From Promethearchaeum syntrophicum (GTDB taxonomy: Archaea; Asgardarchaeota; Lokiarchaeia; Sigyniarchaeales; Promethearchaeaceae), in NCBI RefSeq assembly GCF_008000775.2, contig NZ_CP042905.2, forward strand, positions 1,560,001 to 1,592,000: DNA of 32,000 nt, read 5' to 3'. Below the pieces are notes generated by a model. It did no database searches. It was not told the origin of the DNA and saw only the letters and a program-made list of their open reading frames with translations. Made by a program: the position numbers and the translations under genes. Below are positions 28,526-32,000 of the stretch, one piece after another; positions within the stretch are counted from its first letter, which is position 1, and each line of letters starts with the position of its first letter.

Positions 28526-31171
28526 ATGTCACGAAATAAAAATAATCACGTGTCAAAACCAAATTTGGATTTTAGTTCTGGAATGAAAAATTTAGATAGT
28601 GTTCTGCAAGGAATCTTACCCGGGGATAATGTCGTTCTCCAGGTTGATGAATTAGAAGATTATATCCCATTTGTTCATAAATTTGTCCGAAATGCTAACA
28701 AGGAAGATAAGCCATTGGTTTATTTTCGCTTTGCCCAACATGAATTCTTAATTCCAAGTGATGTTCATGCTACCATAATTGAATTGAGACCTGAAAAAGG
28801 TTTTGAGAAATTTCTTTCCCAAATTATCAAAACTATTGAGGATTTTGGATTAGGAGCATGCTATGTATTTGATTGTTTATCGGATCTTATAGTAGATTGG
28901 TATTCTGATGTAATGGTTGGAAACTTTTTTATGTTAACCTGTCCCTATCTGTATAAATTTGACACTGTAGCGTATTTTGCGTTATTCCGCCATAAGCATG
29001 AATTGAAAGTAATTAAAGATATTCAAGATACTGCTCAAGTGGTTATGGATATTTATAGAAATGAGGGGTCTCTTTATGTTCACCCTTTAAAGGTTTTTGA
29101 ACGATATTCTTCAACATTATACATGTTATATAAGTGGGAATCACAAGACGGGGTTGATAAATTCATCACAGTCAAAAATAGTTCAACGATAGCTCAGACT
29201 CTATCTTCTATGCAACATTGGATAAATATTGGGAAGAAAAGGCATGATGTATGGAATTTAACATTTGATTCCGCTAAAGAAACAGTTGAAGGTATCTTAT
29301 TAGGAGAAATTTCACCAATTAGAGGAGAGAATTTAAAAAATCATCTGATTAAAATGGCAGTGGTGCGTGATGATTTACTTTTTATCTTAGCTATAAAATA
29401 TTTTGATTTGGAAGATATCCTAGAAATTGGCCAAAGGATGATTGGATCGGAAATGATTGGGGGAAAATCTGTTGGTATGTTACTCGCTCAAGCAATTTTG
29501 CGCAAATCAGATCCTTATTGGGAGAAACGTCTTGAAGTTCAAGATTCCTTTTACGTTGGGGCAGAAGTTTATTATACTTATTTAGTAAAAAATAACTGCT
29601 GGTGGCTTCGTCGTAAAGCCTCCGATCCTTCTACTTTCATGGAAGGAATTGAAGAAACAAGAAGGAAAATTCTATCAGGTACATTTCCCGATTATATAAT
29701 TATTCAATTTAAAAGAATGTTGGATTATTATGGGCAATCCCCGATAATTGTCAGATCCAGCAGTTTACAAGAAGATGCATATGGGAACTCATTTTCGGGA
29801 AAGTATGAGAGTATTTTTCTAGGAAATCAAGGGACTCCTGAAGAAAGGCTTGCAAATTTTATTAAAGCAGTGCAGAGAGTATACGCTAGTACATGTGGCG
29901 ATGATGCACTTACATATCGAAAAAGTAGAGGATTATTAGAATCTGATGAGCAAATGGCACTTTTAGTGCAAAGAGTGTCTGGAAGCATATACAGGGATAA
30001 TTTCTTTCCACAAGCTGCAGGTACTGGTTTTTCATTTAATCCTTATGTTTGGGATAAAAAAATTGATCCTAAGGCTGGTTTTTTACGGTTAGTTTTTGGA
30101 TTAGGAACTCGAGCAGTTGGGCGAACTGATGATGATTTTACTAGATTAGTTACATTAAAATCGGTAAATTTACGAGCGGAACATGGCATTGACGAAATTC
30201 GTCAATTTTCTCAAAAATATGTAGATGTTTTAGATTTAAAAGAAAACAAATACGTTACACACCAATTTAAAAATGTGATAGATGATATTGACGGATTCAA
30301 ATTAGATTTATATGCGAGTCGAGATGATGAAATTGAACAACGAATGAAGGATCATAATCGAGAGGTCATCCCAACTTGGATTTTAACTTTTGATAAACTC
30401 CTAAACAATACAACTTTTGCTGAAGATATGAGTAAAATTCTAGATACATTGCAAGATGCATATCAAATTCCAGTTGATATAGAATATACAGTAAATTTCT
30501 TTGAAGATGATTATACTATCAATCTGCTTCAATGTAGACCATGGCAAATAAAATATGAAATTCAAGAGGTTGAAGATCCTGGAAAAATTAAGAAGGAATT
30601 AACAGTTTTTAAGAGTAAAGGGCCGATAATAGGGACTTCTGTAGCTACTTCAATAACACGTTTAATTTATGTTGTTCCTGGCGTATATGGAAGTTTAACT
30701 ATGCGAGATCGCCATGCTGTAGCGCGATTAGTCGGGCAAATAAATCATCATGACTCATCAACCAAAAAAAATATTTTACTTATTGGTCCCGGAAGATGGG
30801 GAACAAGTTCACCCAGCTTAGGAATACCGACAACATTCGCAGAGATAAATAATGTAAATATAATTGGAGAAATTGCTGAAATGCATGAAGGACTTGTTCC
30901 TGACATTAGTTTAGGGTCTCATTTTTTTAATAATCTCGTGGAATTAGATATGGTCTACTTTGCGCTGAATCCGGATAAAGAAGAGGATTATTTAGATCGA
31001 GAATTCTTCCAAAAATCTCCAAACCAATTAAAACATCTAGTGCCAAATTCCGACCAGATGGAGGAGGTCATTAAAGTGATAGATTTTCAACATGAGGATG
31101 AATTACTAATAAACCTGAATTCTCTTTCACAACAAGCAATATGTTATTTAAAAAATAAAACAAATGATTAA
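28526..31171 (+). CDS. PEP/pyruvate-binding (PPDK N-terminal type) domain protein with degenerate KaiC/RecA-like N-terminus
   Basis: Nucleotide-binding motif SPIIVRSSSLQEDAYGNSFSGKYESIF, LVFGLGTRAVGRTDDDFTRLV; N-term MKNLDSVLQGILPGDNVVLQVDE. Track starts at TTG 28508; ATG at 28526. Confidence 0.8.
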   Translation: MSRNKNNHVSKPNLDFSSGMKNLDSVLQGILPGDNVVLQVDELEDYIPFVHKFVRNANKEDKPLVYFRFAQHEFLIPSDVHATIIELRPEKGFEKFLSQIIKTIEDFGLGACYVFDCLSDLIVDWYSDVMVGNFFMLTCPYLYKFDTVAYFALFRHKHELKVIKDIQDTAQVVMDIYRNEGSLYVHPLKVFERYSSTLYMLYKWESQDGVDKFITVKNSSTIAQTLSSMQHWINIGKKRHDVWNLTFDSAKETVEGILLGEISPIRGENLKNHLIKMAVVRDDLLFILAIKYFDLEDILEIGQRMIGSEMIGGKSVGMLLAQAILRKSDPYWEKRLEVQDSFYVGAEVYYTYLVKNNCWWLRRKASDPSTFMEGIEETRRKILSGTFPDYIIIQFKRMLDYYGQSPIIVRSSSLQEDAYGNSFSGKYESIFLGNQGTPEERLANFIKAVQRVYASTCGDDALTYRKSRGLLESDEQMALLVQRVSGSIYRDNFFPQAAGTGFSFNPYVWDKKIDPKAGFLRLVFGLGTRAVGRTDDDFTRLVTLKSVNLRAEHGIDEIRQFSQKYVDVLDLKENKYVTHQFKNVIDDIDGFKLDLYASRDDEIEQRMKDHNREVIPTWILTFDKLLNNTTFAEDMSKILDTLQDAYQIPVDIEYTVNFFEDDYTINLLQCRPWQIKYEIQEVEDPGKIKKELTVFKSKGPIIGTSVATSITRLIYVVPGVYGSLTMRDRHAVARLVGQINHHDSSTKKNILLIGPGRWGTSSPSLGIPTTFAEINNVNIIGEIAEMHEGLVPDISLGSHFFNNLVELDMVYFALNPDKEEDYLDREFFQKSPNQLKHLVPNSDQMEEVIKVIDFQHEDELLINLNSLSQQAICYLKNKTND

Positions 31172-31180
31172 TAAGAAAAA

Positions 31181-31198
31181 AGTGGATTTTTTTCCACT
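31181..31198. repeat. Inverted repeat AGTGGA-TTTTTT-TCCACT in the intergenic gap
   Basis: Perfect 6-bp arms between the PPDK_N-type gene (ends 31171) and the next ORF (starts 31217). Confidence 0.45.
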
Positions 31199-31216
31199 AC
31201 ATGGGAATTTTAAAAG

Positions 31217-32000
31217 ATGGATGAATTTTCTGTAGATGAATCACAATTTGATTACAAACCCAAATATCGGATCTTTCATAGTTTAATGAAGAATCGAATA
31301 AAGGAGATATTACTGGTTTCAAGTGCATATGATAATTTCATTCTGGAAGAGGATGGGCGATTATCAGATCAGATTTACGCAGAATTTCATGATTTAAATT
31401 TGAGAACAATCCCTCATATCACGCGAGTTTCTTCAGCAAAAGGAGCTTTGGCGCGCCTCAAAGAGAATGAATTTGATTTAGTTGTTACAATGAGGAAGCT
31501 TTTTGATTCAGATCCCTTCGAATTTGGAAAGCAAATCAAAGAAATCCAAGATATTCCAGTTGTATTATTACTAACTAGTCTTTCGGATATTAATTTTATC
31601 CCAGATTTCACCAAATCTAAAGAAGGAATTGATTTAACTTTTTTATGGAATGGTGACAGTGCAATTTTCATTTCCTTAACAAAATTACTCGAAGATCGGA
31701 TGAATATTAAAGAAGATACTGAAAATGGTATGGTACGGGTAATCATCATCATTGAAGATAATATTCGATTTTATTCTGTGTATTTACCCCTTATTTATTC
31801 CGAAATAATGAGACAAATTCAATTGCTAATTCAAGAAGGTGTAAATGATTATTATCGTTTACTCCAAATGAAAGCGCGCCCTAAGATTATACTAACTCAT
31901 ACATACGAAGAAGCTATGAAATTCTATGAAGAATATAAAGAAAACGTTATTGGAATTATTTCTGATATTGAATTCCCCCGGAATAATAAAATAAATAGGA
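31217..32000 (+). CDS. Response-regulator-like protein with two receiver-type domains (runs off right edge)
   Basis: Not in ORF track because it is open at the edge. ATG 31217: MDEFSVDESQFDYKPKYRIFHSLMKNRIKEILLVSSAYDNF...NEFDLVVTMRKLFDSDPFEFGKQIKEIQDIPVVLLLTSLSD...MVRVIIIIEDNIRFYSVYLPLIY...VIGIISDIEFPRNN. Confidence 0.75.
   Translation, partial: MDEFSVDESQFDYKPKYRIFHSLMKNRIKEILLVSSAYDNFILEEDGRLSDQIYAEFHDLNLRTIPHITRVSSAKGALARLKENEFDLVVTMRKLFDSDPFEFGKQIKEIQDIPVVLLLTSLSDINFIPDFTKSKEGIDLTFLWNGDSAIFISLTKLLEDRMNIKEDTENGMVRVIIIIEDNIRFYSVYLPLIYSEIMRQIQLLIQEGVNDYYRLLQMKARPKIILTHTYEEAMKFYEEYKENVIGIISDIEFPRNNKINR

Overview
AT-rich archaeal chromosomal window. The gene content (MCM next to a Hel308-type helicase, single-chain GlyRS, a tRNA with a BHB-like intron) is compatible with an Asgard-type archaeon, but the lineage call is an inference. 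Identified: a Hel308-type helicase (cut by the left edge), MCM, a HEAT-repeat/AAA+ ATPase pair, a tRNA-Pro(GGG) that appears to carry a 31-nt D-loop intron, a VapBC-type TA pair, a PanE/ApbA-like reductase, a MASE3-type membrane sensor with a CxxC-type tail, glycyl-tRNA synthetase, an insertion-element-type transposase, a UPF0175/PIN-like TA pair, an M32 carboxypeptidase, an MFS (GPH-like) transporter, three tandem paralogous small membrane proteins, a class I SAM methyltransferase, a radical SAM/SPASM protein, two tandem glutamate dehydrogenase paralogs (one lacking the catalytic Lys), a TPR/Cys-rich protein, a small basic protein convergent with a wHTH-like+DUF488 fusion, a third canonical GDH, a PPDK_N-type protein with a degenerate KaiC-like N-terminus, and a double-receiver protein (cut by the right edge). 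Best candidates for a second look: the tRNA intron; the co-directional radical SAM + methyltransferase + triplicated membrane protein + MFS + M32 peptidase cluster (13.2-20.1 kb); the GDH paralog without catalytic Lys; the wHTH-DUF488 module; and the PPDK_N/KaiC-like + pseudoreceiver pair.
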